DNA of 64,000 bases from Candidatus Magasanikiibacteriota bacterium (GTDB lineage: Bacteria > Patescibacteriota > Patescibacteriia > Magasanikbacterales > UBA922), in assembly GCA_018650645.1 (NCBI GenBank), contig JABIFP010000005.1, forward strand, positions 35,486 through 99,485, read 5' to 3'. The notes below the pieces were generated by a model. The model searched no databases. It was given only the letters and a program-made list of their open reading frames with translations, and had not been told where the DNA came from. Position numbers and translations under genes: made by a program. Shown here piece after piece: positions 27,738 through 37,389 of the stretch (position 1 is the stretch's first letter; every line of letters starts with the position of its first letter).

Positions 27738-30041
27738 ATGAATCGCGGCAAGCTTGTAACAATTTTTTCTTTAGCACTCGCTTTGCCGGTGTTTATTGGC
27801 TTGTCAGTTGCGGGTGTTGCTCTTGCTGCTACTGTTGATGTAACGGCAACTGTTCCAGCACTCTGTGGAAATGGTGTAAAAGAAGGAGCCGAGGCGTGTG
27901 ATGGAGGAGATATTGGAACGACGTGTGGATTACAAGGATTTGATGCTGGTGCGATAAGTTGCAGTGGGACTTGTACGCTTGATGTGAGCGCCTGTACAAA
28001 TGATGATGGTGGAGCTGGAGCAATGGTACCGCCACCTGTTGTTAATCCTCCGGCACCAGATCCTGAACCAGAACCAGAGCCGGAACCTATAGATCCACCA
28101 GTAGAACCAGAACCAGAACCTGAACCTGTTGATCCACCTGCTGAACCGGAGCCTATTGATCCACCAGATCCAGATCCAGATGATCCACCAGCGCCAGATC
28201 CAGATCCTGCTGATCCACCTATAGAACCAGCGCCAGATAATGGAAACAACAATGCTCCACCGGCGATTATTCCAGTACCAGCACAGCCGCCTGTGGCACT
28301 CCCTCCGGTAAATAATGTTGTTGGGAATGCCGGCGGTGGTCTTGCACCAATTGATGAAAATTTGGTGCAAGGATTTGCATTTTGGGTTGGAAATCGTACC
28401 TTTAGTGTTGCGCCGCATCAAGGCAGGCTGACTTCACTAGCCGGAGACACTATTTCTATTGCTTCAAGGGTTGGGGCAGATCCAGCAGAAACTATTTTAG
28501 CGATTCGGATGGTAATTGGTCAGGATATTATCGTATTTAAAAAAGGAAATGATGGAAGTTGGTATACCGATGTAAAAATGCCAGCACCCGGGTCCTATAG
28601 AACGGTTATTGAAACAACACATAAGTCAGGGAAAGTAGAGCAGTTTGAGCTTATATTTGTGTCTGCTTCGTATGGACGAGTAACACAGTCTGGAAGTGGT
28701 GATCCTATTGCGTCTGCAAATGTGCAGCTGTTAGATAGTAACGCTGGTGGCCTGTGGGATGGAGGACCGTTTGGACAAGCAAACCCTATGGCGGCCTCAG
28801 AAAGTGGATATTATGGATATCTGGTACCAAATGGAACCTATCAGTTAATAGTTGAGCATGAAGGATATAAGCGCAGAGAAACACTAACGTTTGAAGTGCG
28901 CGATCATGTCATTAATAACAATTTAAAATTAATCGTAGAAGCTGCAGAACTTGCAGAGGTGCTCGATATATTTAATTCTGACGCGAGTGCTTCAGAAAAA
29001 ATTGCAGCATCAGTAAATGTAATTACCGGAGCTACCAAAGAAACATTGCTCGAAGCTGCAGAAACAATTACGGATGTTGCCAGAAAGATTGATGATGCCG
29101 CAGATAATCCGCAGGTTGAGGAAGTGACGCAAGAGGTTGTTGCCCCGGCTTTAGTAACAGTAGCTACGGCTGCGGTTGTGCCATCACTTTGGGGAACGGC
29201 GCTGCCACTACTCAGATACATTTTCTTGCAACCATTCTTACTCCTCGGTAGAAGAAAAAGAAAAGAGTGGGGAGTGGTATATAATTCACTTACCAAGTTA
29301 CCGATTGATCTTGCAACCATTCGTTTAATCGATGAGGCTACAGGAAAGATTAAGCAGTCAAGAGTAACAGATGCCGGAGGACGATACTTGTTTGTTGTGG
29401 AGCCTGGAGCGTATAAAATTGAAGTGATGAAGCAAGGGTTTACGTTTCCTACATCGGTGTTGCAGGGAATTTCGGCAGACGGAGAATTTTTGGATATTTA
29501 TCATGGTGAAGGCATTAAAGCCACAGCAGAAAAAATTGGTTTAACGCCAAATATTCCAGTCGATCCGGCAGGCAAACATAAAACACCAAGACGTATTGTC
29601 CGTGATAAATTTTTACGCGCATTGCAGCATACAATTTCTGTTGCGGGTGTGATTCTTTCTGGTGTTGCTTTGTATATTACTCCAACACTGACAACCAAAA
29701 TTATTTTGGGGGTAAATGTTGCTCTCTATCTTATCTTTATGCGATTTGTGAAGCCACCAAAACCATCCGGATGGGGGCTTGTGTCTGAGCGTGGAGGAAA
29801 AGAACTGAAAAATGCTGTAGTACGACTCTTTACGAAGGAATACAATAAGCTCGTTTCAACACAGGTAACAGATGCCAAAGGACGATACGCTTTTTTGGTG
29901 GGGCCGAATGATTATTATGTAAAAGTAAGTAAGCCGGGGTATCAAGAATTTAAGAGTGACGACATTGCGGTGAAAGGAAAGAAGGCGAGTTCAAAGGTGT
30001 TGAAGGAGAACATTGAGGTGGATAAGGAGGATAATAAATAA
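27738..30041 (+). CDS. Large membrane surface protein: Cys-rich repeat, Pro-Glu/Asp stalk, carboxypeptidase-regulatory-like domains
   Basis: CGNGVKEGAEACD, PEPEP/DPP run, repeated VTDAxGRY domains, TM segments. Confidence 0.75.
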   Translation: MNRGKLVTIFSLALALPVFIGLSVAGVALAATVDVTATVPALCGNGVKEGAEACDGGDIGTTCGLQGFDAGAISCSGTCTLDVSACTNDDGGAGAMVPPPVVNPPAPDPEPEPEPEPIDPPVEPEPEPEPVDPPAEPEPIDPPDPDPDDPPAPDPDPADPPIEPAPDNGNNNAPPAIIPVPAQPPVALPPVNNVVGNAGGGLAPIDENLVQGFAFWVGNRTFSVAPHQGRLTSLAGDTISIASRVGADPAETILAIRMVIGQDIIVFKKGNDGSWYTDVKMPAPGSYRTVIETTHKSGKVEQFELIFVSASYGRVTQSGSGDPIASANVQLLDSNAGGLWDGGPFGQANPMAASESGYYGYLVPNGTYQLIVEHEGYKRRETLTFEVRDHVINNNLKLIVEAAELAEVLDIFNSDASASEKIAASVNVITGATKETLLEAAETITDVARKIDDAADNPQVEEVTQEVVAPALVTVATAAVVPSLWGTALPLLRYIFLQPFLLLGRRKRKEWGVVYNSLTKLPIDLATIRLIDEATGKIKQSRVTDAGGRYLFVVEPGAYKIEVMKQGFTFPTSVLQGISADGEFLDIYHGEGIKATAEKIGLTPNIPVDPAGKHKTPRRIVRDKFLRALQHTISVAGVILSGVALYITPTLTTKIILGVNVALYLIFMRFVKPPKPSGWGLVSERGGKELKNAVVRLFTKEYNKLVSTQVTDAKGRYAFLVGPNDYYVKVSKPGYQEFKSDDIAVKGKKASSKVLKENIEVDKEDNK
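28030..28235 (+). repeat. Low-complexity coding repeat (PEPEP/IDPP)
   Basis: Repeated GAACCA and GATCCA hexamers. Confidence 0.85.
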
Positions 30042-31130
30042 TGGAAAGATACGTATATGCAAATAACGGGAGAAGGACGGCGAGTTGAGCGGAAGGAACA
30101 AGAAAAGATGCCAGAAGTGATGTTTTATTTTTCATCTCATGTAAGCGCATCAGATTTTGAGGGTATGCGTAATGCGTTTGAAGAAGCTGATGTGTACTTC
30201 AGTGAAGCACATGGTTGGAAACAAGAAGACGCAGAATATTTAAATGCTATTTCTGAGGGAACAAAAACACCGCCTCATATGCAAGAGGGGCGCGTAGCAA
30301 AAACAGCTCTAGAGCTGGAAGAGGAGCTTCTGTTTTGTTCGCATAAACCAGTATATTTTGTTGACATACCGTCTGGGCACGAACTGGAGGATGCTGATGA
30401 TGGAATGGAAACATTAAAGCGTGCAGCGGAGGAATTTGTGTACAGAACATTTGAGCTGGCAGAGCAGCAAACGTTGAGTGCTGCAAAAAAGACTGCATTG
30501 TTTTTGAACAGGAAGGATAAGTACATAGCAGATAAAATCAGAGAAGATTTGCCAAAGATTATTCGTGAGAATCCAACATTAAAAGAAAAAAATAAAGTAA
30601 CGGCACTTGTGCAAATGGGAGCTTCCCATTCTCCAATTAGGCACCACGCTCCTCGGGAGTTTGTAGCTTCAAGCGCAGAAAAATCTACGCTTGTTTTTGG
30701 TTTCGAGGATGAACTAATCCGTCGATACCGATTCGAAAAAGAAATTCAACCTGATTTGCCGGCAAAAGCTGTCTTTGAACACCTCTTAAGAGAGGAATTT
30801 GCTGATGAAATTGAGCGGGCCCCCGATCAACTATTTGTCCTTGGATTGCGAGACCTTCTGAAAAGCATTAGTAGAGAGCAGCTGCAGCAGGTTTCATTTT
30901 GGGTTGTATATAGAATGACTTCCAGGGATGATGCAGATGAAAAAGATGTTATCAAAGAAGTGGTGAAGCGCCTTCTTCAAATTGATTTAGGAGATTTTTT
31001 TGAGGGCATTAATAGCGGCTCTGAAAATAAACGCACAGAGTAAAGTAGCAAAAAATTTATTTTACAAAAGCGGAAAAGGAAAGAGGGTGAGTTCGAAGGT
31101 GTTGAAAGAAAATATTGAGGTGGATAAGGA
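29967..31130 (+). repeat. Imperfect direct repeats of about 61 bp at 29967-30028 and 31070-31130
   Basis: Both copies encode KGK(K/R)(A/V)SSKVLKENIEVDKE. Confidence 0.88.
30057..31043 (+). CDS. Hypothetical protein
   Basis: 328-aa ORF containing a QMGASH motif; flanked by the direct repeats. Confidence 0.7.
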   Translation: MQITGEGRRVERKEQEKMPEVMFYFSSHVSASDFEGMRNAFEEADVYFSEAHGWKQEDAEYLNAISEGTKTPPHMQEGRVAKTALELEEELLFCSHKPVYFVDIPSGHELEDADDGMETLKRAAEEFVYRTFELAEQQTLSAAKKTALFLNRKDKYIADKIREDLPKIIRENPTLKEKNKVTALVQMGASHSPIRHHAPREFVASSAEKSTLVFGFEDELIRRYRFEKEIQPDLPAKAVFEHLLREEFADEIERAPDQLFVLGLRDLLKSISREQLQQVSFWVVYRMTSRDDADEKDVIKEVVKRLLQIDLGDFFEGINSGSENKRTE

Positions 31131-31142
31131 ATCCACATAGTA

Positions 31143-31180
31143 ATAAAAAAAGACTTCCGTGCAAGGGAGTCTTTTTTTAT
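31143..31180. terminator. Bidirectional terminator
   Basis: AAAAAAAGACTTCC-N5-AGGGAGTCTTTTTTT. Confidence 0.75.
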
Positions 31181-31184
31181 TTGT

Positions 31185-31598
31185 TTATCTACAGAGCCAC
31201 ATGTTCGCTTCTTCTTCTGATGTGAATATATTAATCTTTTTATTCTTTTTTGCAAACAAACTGAGAACAAACGATGCAATTTTATGTTGAGTGTCCGTAT
31301 CATCCACAAGAATCGCTATTTTTTCAAAGGCTGGGTGATTGATGAGTTTTTCGTATTGTTTTGTAGAGTGTTTACTCATTGAATACACTTTTGTGGTTGC
31401 TGTATCAACAGATACTCGCCATATCAAATCAGGATATGTTTTGTGGACGGCCATAATTTCTTTGGCCACAAGGTCACTTTGCAGATCAATGTTTTCTTTT
31501 CCAACATCAGCGCTAATAAATCGTAATGCTATTCGTTTACTCGCTTCATCAGCTTCCACTGAGAACGTTTTTTTCAATACTTCTGCCGTGTGTTTCAT
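31185..31598 (-). CDS. Hypothetical protein, possibly SpoIIAA/STAS-SEC14-like
   Basis: KIAIL...FTSEEEANMWL C-terminal pattern. Confidence 0.55.
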   Translation of the reverse strand: MKHTAEVLKKTFSVEADEASKRIALRFISADVGKENIDLQSDLVAKEIMAVHKTYPDLIWRVSVDTATTKVYSMSKHSTKQYEKLINHPAFEKIAILVDDTDTQHKIASFVLSLFAKKNKKINIFTSEEEANMWLCR

Positions 31599-31607
31599 AC
31601 AACAAAA

Positions 31608-33515
31608 TTATTTTGTAATAGTTTTTACTTGTTTGGCAATGTGCTTTGCGCTAATGCCGGCTGCGTCATACAGGTCGGCTGCAGTGCCAGATAATTGATA
31701 ATGATCTACGCCGAGAGCAATATGTTTTTTCACACTTACACCTTTATCCTGAAGCATACGAGCAATTTGAGAAGCGTACCCAGAATGCGTATTGTGATCT
31801 TCAACAGTAATGAGTTGTTTTGTCTTTTTAATAGAGTTTAACAGTGCGTTTCCAAACTTCTTTGGTGATGTCATAATCACCAGCTCAACACTGAGTTTTG
31901 GTGATGTTTTTTTAAGGGATTCCCAAGCCTGCAGGGCTTCAATAACCATCGGACCACTCGCGGCTATAGTTACATCTGTTCCTTTGCGTAGTACGTGGCA
32001 ATCGCCATACGTATAGGTGTAATCTTTTCCAAATAGTGGTTTACCTTGCGCTGACGTAAGTACCGGAATTTTGTGTCTACCCATGCGCATGTATACATTA
32101 CCATAATGAGATGCGCTATAGCGAACCATTGCATCACATTGGTTTGGGTCAGCTGGTTCCATGACCATAGTATTGAATAATCCGAGCATTGAACCCATAT
32201 CATCAATTGCCTGATGGGTTGGTCCATCTTCTCCAACAGAAAGACCACAATGAGTGGCTACCATTTTAACATTTGCTTGATTCAAATCATTTACGCGTGC
32301 CTGATCTTTTGCGCGGCTTGTCATGAATGCGCCAAAGGTAGAGCAAAATGGGAGCATACCGTGAAGGCTTAATCCTCCAGAGCAAGAGACCATGTGTTGT
32401 TCAGCTACGCCAACATCAATATGTCTTTCAGGGTAGTGTTCTTTTACGCCGCTTGTTTTTACTGAATCTGCAACATCAGCTGTAAGCGCAATTACATTGG
32501 CATTTCGTTTTGCTAGATCGAGTAATGCGTTTCCGTAGGCGCTTCTGCAATCTGTGAGAGTGTCTGCGCTATAGGTCTTTCGTTGACCAGTCTTAACCTT
32601 TGGCATGGGTGTACCAAGTGGTAAAAATACTGGATCCTCTGGTTTCCATCTACCTTTTCCTACGCTAGAAAGTGCTTTTCGTTCTTGCCCAGATAATGTA
32701 AGCGATTCGAGCATAGTATCAGCAACTTCAGGTTTTGGTGCGTTGCCGTGCCAGGTTGCACGTTTCAGTCTACCTTCTTTCTCCATTCCTTTAATGCCTT
32801 TTCCCATAATGGTTTTTGCAAGCAGAAGAATGGGTTTTCCATTTTGTCTATACGCGCGCGAAAGTGCCCGCCACATGGCGGTGATATTATGGCCGTCTAC
32901 TTCAATAACTTTCCAGCCAGCTGCTTCCCATAGTTTTGCAGGGGAAATTGGCATAATCGATTTTAACGATCCACTCAGCTGCACACTGTTGTAATCCATG
33001 AAGACAATAAAATTATCAAGCTTGTATTTGGCCGCAAAGTTCATCATTTCGTATACCTGTCCTTCTTGCGATTCGCCATCTCCAATAAGAGCAAATACAT
33101 GTTTTTTTGAGTTGCGTAATTTTTCTGCAAGTGCAAAACCGGCGGCAGCACTCACTCCTGCACCAAGTGGGCCTGTACCAAAGTCTACTCCTGGTACATG
33201 TCTGGTAACGTGGCCTTCAAATTGAGAACCTATGTGTCTAAACGAATCGATAACTTCCTGTTTTTTTACATAGCCAAGCTGTGCAAGTACAGCATATACC
33301 GCCGGAGAAATATGACCATTTGATACCACAACTTTCTCTCCAGTTCTGCTGATGATTTGGGTATATAAAAGAGAAAGGTAATCAATACAACCAGCCGAGC
33401 CTCCTGGGTGACCACTTTGCGATTGGCGTAGCATGGAAATAATGGTGTGACGGCAATCTTTGGCAAACGCGTGTATTCCTTCAACGCGCTTTTTTGTGAG
33501 CGGCTTGAATTGCAT
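31608..33515 (-). CDS. tkt: Transketolase
   Basis: SGHPGG, SNGH, GDGESQEG...N ThDP motif, GEDGPTHQ. Confidence 0.95.
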   Translation of the reverse strand: MQFKPLTKKRVEGIHAFAKDCRHTIISMLRQSQSGHPGGSAGCIDYLSLLYTQIISRTGEKVVVSNGHISPAVYAVLAQLGYVKKQEVIDSFRHIGSQFEGHVTRHVPGVDFGTGPLGAGVSAAAGFALAEKLRNSKKHVFALIGDGESQEGQVYEMMNFAAKYKLDNFIVFMDYNSVQLSGSLKSIMPISPAKLWEAAGWKVIEVDGHNITAMWRALSRAYRQNGKPILLLAKTIMGKGIKGMEKEGRLKRATWHGNAPKPEVADTMLESLTLSGQERKALSSVGKGRWKPEDPVFLPLGTPMPKVKTGQRKTYSADTLTDCRSAYGNALLDLAKRNANVIALTADVADSVKTSGVKEHYPERHIDVGVAEQHMVSCSGGLSLHGMLPFCSTFGAFMTSRAKDQARVNDLNQANVKMVATHCGLSVGEDGPTHQAIDDMGSMLGLFNTMVMEPADPNQCDAMVRYSASHYGNVYMRMGRHKIPVLTSAQGKPLFGKDYTYTYGDCHVLRKGTDVTIAASGPMVIEALQAWESLKKTSPKLSVELVIMTSPKKFGNALLNSIKKTKQLITVEDHNTHSGYASQIARMLQDKGVSVKKHIALGVDHYQLSGTAADLYDAAGISAKHIAKQVKTITK

Positions 33516-33618
33516 AGAAGTATTTATGAATGATTGTATTGTAGCATATCGAGAGGTTTCTCTCTTGTGCAAAAGTGATATCTGTGATATTACATGTGCA
33601 TCGCAATCGGGCGATTGA

Positions 33619-33990
33619 ATGGAGAGGGCAATGGGAGAGATGTTTGCCGAGTTCGGGCGGCTTCACTATGAGGTCCGGGAGTTGCGGCGGGATGTGCTGT
33701 ATATGCTTCGTCAGCTGGATGTACGCGGGTACACCACGCCGCGGGGTTTGGCACGCAAGTTTCGCAGCTGTGCGCGCGGTGCTGCGCGTCTGCACTTCGG
33801 TATGCGCTGGCTTTCGGTGGAACAGCTCCATCGCGGGACCGTGTTTTACGTTCCGTACATTGGGACATGCGTGTATCGCGGAGAATGTTCTGCGATGGTG
33901 GTTCACAGCGTGCTGTGGAAGTACCATCACGGTGATGTTGTTCGGCTGCCTGGTTACCAGCAGGTCAGGACCTTGCTGCCGCTGCCGTAG
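33619..33990 (+). CDS. GC-rich orphan hypothetical protein
   Basis: 123-aa ORF; alternative ATG at 33631 has an SD-like GGAGAGGG; hairpin plus T-run follows at about 34043-34071. Confidence 0.5.
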   Translation: MERAMGEMFAEFGRLHYEVRELRRDVLYMLRQLDVRGYTTPRGLARKFRSCARGAARLHFGMRWLSVEQLHRGTVFYVPYIGTCVYRGECSAMVVHSVLWKYHHGDVVRLPGYQQVRTLLPLP

Positions 33991-34125
33991 CCTACACGGC
34001 TGAAGATGAAAGGGGGAGGCGGCCAATGGCCGCAGGAGGGATGGGCGCTCGTAGGAGCGCCTTTTCTTTTTGCATTATTCTTTCTCTATGCTATTCTTTT
34101 CGCAGGATGTGACAGGGAGGAGAAG

Positions 34126-34548
34126 ATGTCCAATCACAGGGTGACGATTCGGCTTGTAGAAAAGCCGCGGAAGGGGCACACGCAGGTCCTGATCGAGGAT
34201 GGGTCGATTCGCGTCGACCCGGAAGTGCCGCCGTTGTATGTGCAGCAGGGAAGAGCCTTGCTCGCGGAGGTGTCGGTGCAAGTGCCAAAGCCGCATCAGG
34301 CCGAGTTTGGGCATGTAGCCGTTTCCTGCATCCAGTGGGGCATGGCAGCTCAGCTGGAAGGCGTGCAGGATGGGGCTCCAAACACTCCGGCTTTCTATTC
34401 CGTAGAGATGCGGGATGTCTGGGTTGCTGCCGGTAAGGCATTGGAGGAAAATAGGCAGCGCCGCGAGCGGGAGGCTTTGCAGCGAGGCCGTGAGCATCAT
34501 GCCTTAGTTTGCGCAGTGCGGGCAGAGCGCAATGGGAATGAGCCCTGA
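34126..34548 (+). CDS. GC-rich orphan hypothetical protein
   Basis: GGGAGGAG SD before the ATG; TGCTATTCT extended -10 upstream; hairpin AGGGCGACC/GGTCGCCCT downstream. Confidence 0.6.
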   Translation: MSNHRVTIRLVEKPRKGHTQVLIEDGSIRVDPEVPPLYVQQGRALLAEVSVQVPKPHQAEFGHVAVSCIQWGMAAQLEGVQDGAPNTPAFYSVEMRDVWVAAGKALEENRQRREREALQRGREHHALVCAVRAERNGNEP

Positions 34549-34588
34549 GCATCAACCAAAAGGGCGACCCTCGGGTCGCCCTACCAAC

Positions 34589-34921
34589 TTATAATAATGT
34601 ACGTACGTTTTCTGGTGGCCTTCCAAGGACCGCTTTTTTGTTATCTTTAATCACGATGGGCCGCTCGAGTAATATTGGATGTTGCGAAACAAGTTTCCGC
34701 AAAGCTTTTCCGGTAAGCGGCTTGTATGCGGTTTCTTTTTTTCGCACAAAGTTAGAGAGATCTGTTCCGAGAAGTATTTCGAGCTTAGCCAGCTCAGTTT
34801 CTGTTACCCCATCCTGCAAATAAAGAATAATTTCTGGAGTAATGCCTTCTGCTTCTAAAAGCGCAAGTGTTTCTCTGCTTTTTTTGCATCTAGGATTATG
34901 ATATATGCGGTATGAAGCCAT
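34589..34921 (-). CDS. ArsC/Spx-family glutaredoxin-dependent reductase
   Basis: IYHNPRCKKSR, LLERPIV, GRPPE. Confidence 0.88.
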   Translation of the reverse strand: MASYRIYHNPRCKKSRETLALLEAEGITPEIILYLQDGVTETELAKLEILLGTDLSNFVRKKETAYKPLTGKALRKLVSQHPILLERPIVIKDNKKAVLGRPPENVRTLL

Positions 34922-34923
34922 AT

Positions 34924-35220
34924 CTATTGCACAAACAGCCAGCTAAAGAGCGCAATTTGCAAAGCAAGAATTACTGCCACTACAGCCTGAAAGCTTAGCT
35001 TCTTTGTTTTGTGTCTAAAATATTTCATGCCAAGAAGTGCACCAATCGATCCGCCAATAAGGGTAAACAACCACAATGATTTTTCAGAAACTCGGTCTCC
35101 TCGTTTACGTGCTCTGAGTTTATCAAAACCAAACGCAAAAAACGTAATAACATTGATAATTAAAAGATAGACAATGGCAATCTGTGTGCCAATAGGCAAT
35201 GTGAGCAAAAGTGCTTTCAT
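34924..35220 (-). CDS. DUF1294 membrane protein
   Basis: DKLRA...RVSEKSL...GGSIGA...FRHKTKK. Confidence 0.85.
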   Translation of the reverse strand: MKALLLTLPIGTQIAIVYLLIINVITFFAFGFDKLRARKRGDRVSEKSLWLFTLIGGSIGALLGMKYFRHKTKKLSFQAVVAVILALQIALFSWLFVQ

Positions 35221-35223
35221 ATA

Positions 35224-35781
35224 TTAGCTTTCGTCTGCAATAGCGACGGTGTAATGATATTTTCTGTCTTCATGAGAGAGGCGAATGAGCTGCTCTCTGA
35301 TAACATCTGGATGAGACACATCTTTAAACACAATATGTATATTGTTTGATGCTGTTTTAATGGTGACCACTCCATACTTCAGCAGCGTTGCAAAGAATCC
35401 GTGTACATCACTCGTTACATCTTGAATACGGAATAGGTCGAGTTCAGAAATAGTTCTTGAAAACAATCCAATCTGCTCAATATCTACAATCCTATCATTT
35501 GTAATAACCCACATGTCTAAATAGAAGACAATAAATTGCGTATAAAAGAACAGCAAAATACCAAGATAATAACAGCTCATAAGGAGAACTGATAGGGTAA
35601 AGGCAACGTCTGCGTTAAAGAGCTCTGGATAAATACTGCCAATCATTGCTCTTACAATAAGTGGCAAAGCGATGAGCACTAAAAAGAGAATAATTTTCGG
35701 AATAAACGTAAACCAATGCCTACGCAGTATGTATTGCACGTGTTCGTAGCTTTTCAGTTCCAAAAAATGCGAGACATTCAT
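35224..35781 (-). CDS. Membrane protein with a bacterial PH domain
   Basis: RRHW, two TMs, ITNDRIVDIEQ, RIQDV. Confidence 0.75.
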   Translation of the reverse strand: MNVSHFLELKSYEHVQYILRRHWFTFIPKIILFLVLIALPLIVRAMIGSIYPELFNADVAFTLSVLLMSCYYLGILLFFYTQFIVFYLDMWVITNDRIVDIEQIGLFSRTISELDLFRIQDVTSDVHGFFATLLKYGVVTIKTASNNIHIVFKDVSHPDVIREQLIRLSHEDRKYHYTVAIADES

Positions 35782-35790
35782 ATATATGTA

Positions 35791-36051
35791 TTAAAACACT
35801 CCAGATATCCAGTCTATATTAAAGAGTGTTACCGGTTGGCGAAAATTGATACCTGCAGAAGTAATTGCTGTCCAGGTAAAGTACATAATTAGAGTAACAG
35901 AGGCAAAAACAAAGAAGGTCATGAAGAAACTTGGGAAGGTAAAACTTCCACTCGCAATGATGTGGTACAAGTTAATCAACATGAATGTGACAAATACCGC
36001 AACAAAAATCCAGTATAGGAAGAGGAATAGGTAAAGGGGAATTTGAAGCAT
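35791..36051 (-). CDS. Small membrane protein
   Basis: Two TMs; co-oriented directly downstream of ruvB. Confidence 0.65.
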   Translation of the reverse strand: MLQIPLYLFLFLYWIFVAVFVTFMLINLYHIIASGSFTFPSFFMTFFVFASVTLIMYFTWTAITSAGINFRQPVTLFNIDWISGVF

Positions 36052-36059
36052 GTCAGCAA

Positions 36060-37091
36060 TTAAAAATCAGTATTAGCAAGATGATCGTGAGCCTTTGGGG
36101 TGACCTTGCGTCCTCTGGGAGTTCGCTCAAGCATTCCCATTTGCAATAAAAACGGTTCATAGATGGTTTCTACCGTATCCATGTCTTCTGCAATGGCTGC
36201 GGCAAGGGTGCTGAGCCCAACGGGGCCTCCCTGAAACGAATCGATAATAGTTTTCAGAATCTTTCTATCAATGTCGTCTAATCCGTGCGCATCAACGCGC
36301 AGCATAGTAAGGGCAGTTTGTGCTACTTCTTGATCAATTATACCATTAGCACGCACCTGCGCATAGTCTCTGACGCGTTTTAAGAGCCTGTTAGCAATTC
36401 TAGGGGTCCTGCGGGCGCTATTCGCTATCTGCTCAGCTGCTACCTCGTGCATATCTACTTCAAGCAGCGCGGCATTGCGTTTTACAATCGAGTGCATATC
36501 AACGGCATCGTAATATTCAAGGTGGAAGACATGTCCAAATCGATCTCTAAGGGGAGAAGAGAGCAGATTGAGCCTTGTTGTAGCGCCAATAAGGGTAAAT
36601 GGCTCAACTGGCATACGCAAGGTGCGCGCTGCAGGGCCTTTTCCTACAATAATATCAATGGCAAAATCCTCCATTGCCGTATAGAGGACTTCTTCAATAG
36701 TTTTATTCATTCTGTGGATTTCATCTATAAAGAGAACGTCTCCAGCAGAGAGGTTCGATAAGATTGCGGCGAGATCTCCTACTCGGTCTAATGCTGGACC
36801 CGCAGTAATACGTATATTGGCATTCATTTCTTTGGCAATGATGTTTGCCAGGGTTGTTTTTCCAAGCCCTGGGTTGCCGTATAGCAGCACATGTTCGAGT
36901 GGCTCAGTTCTTTTTTGTGCAGCTTCAATAGAAATGATAAGTGGCATCTTTATGTGAGACTGGCCAACAAACTGATCCAGTCGTTGTGGGCGTAGAGTAA
37001 CCTCAAGGACGTCCTCAGTGGTAGTTGCTGACGGTTCTACAATACGCGGCTCGCTTGGCGCTTCATCATCTATAAATGTGTATTCGCTCAT
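36060..37091 (-). CDS. ruvB: Holliday junction branch-migration ATPase RuvB
   Basis: [31 protein letters not shown]. Confidence 0.97.
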   Translation of the reverse strand: MSEYTFIDDEAPSEPRIVEPSATTTEDVLEVTLRPQRLDQFVGQSHIKMPLIISIEAAQKRTEPLEHVLLYGNPGLGKTTLANIIAKEMNANIRITAGPALDRVGDLAAILSNLSAGDVLFIDEIHRMNKTIEEVLYTAMEDFAIDIIVGKGPAARTLRMPVEPFTLIGATTRLNLLSSPLRDRFGHVFHLEYYDAVDMHSIVKRNAALLEVDMHEVAAEQIANSARRTPRIANRLLKRVRDYAQVRANGIIDQEVAQTALTMLRVDAHGLDDIDRKILKTIIDSFQGGPVGLSTLAAAIAEDMDTVETIYEPFLLQMGMLERTPRGRKVTPKAHDHLANTDF

Positions 37092-37163
37092 AGTGTTGGT
37101 ATGGTAGCATGGGTGTGTGCTTCACTCAAGGAAACCTTTTTGCACAGCACTGTGCACAGGGTG

Positions 37164-37172
37164 TGTGGATAA
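37164..37172. promoter_or_regulatory. DnaA box upstream of nrdA
   Basis: TGTGGATAA (reverse complement TTATCCACA), with degenerate TGTGCAxAx copies nearby. Confidence 0.55.
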
Positions 37173-37270
37173 CGTGTGCAAAAGGTGAAAAAAAACGGTC
37201 TTTTTGGCTGCATGAAGCAATAATTGCTGCACAGCAAAGGCCGTGCTATAATGGGACGACCATTTGGCTC

Positions 37271-37318
37271 ACACAATATGTAGTGGTTCACGCAAACACT
37301 CATCACTATATATAGTTT
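37271..37318 (+). promoter_or_regulatory. Tandem NrdR boxes
   Basis: ACACAATATGTAGTGG and TCACTATATATAGTTT, 32 bp apart, downstream of TGCTATAAT. Confidence 0.8.
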
Positions 37319-37389
37319 TTTCAGAAAAAAGAGATCATTCGGTTTTTTCATTCGACTGCCTGCTATAAAGGCACATTAATACTGGAGGT

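Noticed and set aside
27698-28421. Gly/Ser-rich and Trp/Arg-rich antisense ORFs
   Set aside because: Reverse-strand shadows of the PEPEP repeat
37092-37389. Replication origin
   Set aside because: Only one perfect DnaA box, no dnaA/dnaN nearby; the region is explained by nrd regulation
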